Shown here: in pieces, positions 62,671 to 64,000 of the stretch
Layout: every line of letters begins with the position of its first letter
How positions within the stretch are numbered: position 1 is the stretch's first letter
Assembly: GCF_030028105.1 (NCBI RefSeq)
Contig: NC_092371.1
Span: 14,219,884-14,283,883, forward strand
Direction: 5' to 3'
Length of the DNA stretch: 64,000 bases
From: Mobula birostris
Taxonomy: Eukaryota
Made by a program: the position numbers and the translations under genes
The notes under the pieces: generated by a model
Databases searched by the model: none
Told to the model about the DNA's origin: nothing
What the model saw: only the letters and a program-made list of their open reading frames with translations

Positions 62671-64000
62671 AAAAAATCCAGTTACTCCTCACGAAGGGTC
62701 TCGGCCTCAAACGTCGACTGTACCTCTTCCTAGAGATGCTGCCTGGCCTGCTGCGTTCACCAGCAACTTTGATGTGTGTTGCTTGAAATTCCAGCATCTG
62801 CAGAATTCCTGTTGTTTGCTCAGTGACGGTTGTTTTCTGTTTATTTATGCAGGGTCGTGTGTATGTTTTATCGCGTTTTAACGGAATTTAGCGTATTTCG
62901 AGGATGGGAAGTGTCACATTATCATTTGTGGCTTCATAACAGGGCAAGGTTATCAGTAAAAACAAGTTAAAGTACTGGACAGGCGGAGTGTGATTGAATG
63001 GAAATAGATTCTGGAAGTTTTGACCCGCTTCTGCTATTCGCTTGTGAGAACTGTAGGGTCGAACGGCTTCCTTTTGCTGCTACGTTACAGGGTCTATGGA
63101 ATAAATAGTCTCGCTTGTATGCACGGTATTGACTGAGGAACACCCTTAACTTTTCCATGCGAATTCTGAAAGTTACGACAGGGATTTGAACACTATTATG
63201 AATTTATAAACATCAACAAAAAATGGTAATTCGTGGGATATCAACAATCCGACAGGAATTCCGAAATTTGCTCCTAATACCCTTTGATTGTGATACTGTC
63301 CCGACCGTTAATTCCCCAATTTCTCCTAATTCCCTTTGGTAGCGGCACACCTGGCTCCCATCAAGACCTGCAGCATAAAAACCCCGGCTTTGCATCCACT
63401 CGTTGCCAGATCGTTGTTTAGCCAGTGTGGTAATTAACGCTTCCGGCCGCTTAGGATTGTGTATTCTAAGTTTTACTTCTGTATCGAGGTTTACCTGTGC
63501 AACTCCGTCTCTCTGTGTCAAAAAAAGTATTGTCTATCGCTTGCGTTTCTACGTTCCGTGTCAAGATAAGGATTGCCTGCCGCCTGCCTTTCTGTTTGCC
63601 ATTCAACTCCAGCAACGCTTCGTGTCAGGTTCCAGCTACGTTGACGCCCTCATCAGCATCCTTACCCTATCTCCATGCCAGTGTCCTGCGTTTGGGTTCG
63701 CCTGGTCCTTGTAAAAGTTAAAGGCAGGGAGCAAAGATTAAAAAGCACTGTGAAACTTTATTAGTTTGGTCCTGAAGAAGGGTCTTGGCCCTAAAAGTCG
63801 ACTGTTTATTAATTTCCATAGATGTTACCTGGCCTGCGGAGTTCCTCCTGAATGTTGTCTGTTTTGCTTTGGATTTCCAGCATGTACAGAATTTATTGTG
63901 TTCATAATTTCGGTGCTGTAAATATCTCAGATTTGTCCTCAGCTCTTTATGTTCCATTTAAATATCAGGCACATTCTCAGGGGTAATATATCAAGTATAA

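Overview
Repeat-rich vertebrate genomic DNA, most likely from a cartilaginous fish (inferred from the CR1/Rex/Penelope repeat landscape). The main content is a small cluster of non-rearranging, antigen-receptor-like Ig-superfamily genes with the layout leader - pre-joined VJ-type V domain - C1 domain - TM - two cytoplasmic exons. All exon models were assembled by hand from splice signals and are unverified by transcripts. Gene A (+ strand, 16518-30548, 290 aa) has a TCR-like FGNG J motif, an uncharged TM and a terminal YxxL motif (DIYAQL). Gene B (- strand, 47703-43437, 292 aa) has an extra Cys pair in V, an Arg in the TM and a putative terminal YxxM motif (YEEM). A and B face each other tail-to-tail, have paralogous C1 domains, and each has a membrane-proximal Cys. 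This suggests a germline-encoded TCR-like heterodimer or a paired-receptor system (inference). To the left (about 1.5-9.6 kb) is a decayed duplicate of the same A-B unit: an orphan A leader plus a B pseudogene, with about 27 kb missing at an RTE LINE junction. A third, divergent A-type leader and promoter sits at 39.0-39.2 kb. The rest is mostly CR1, Rex/L2, RTE and R4-like LINE fragments, a Penelope-like element with an inversion and minimal hammerhead motifs, a hAT MITE and simple repeats.
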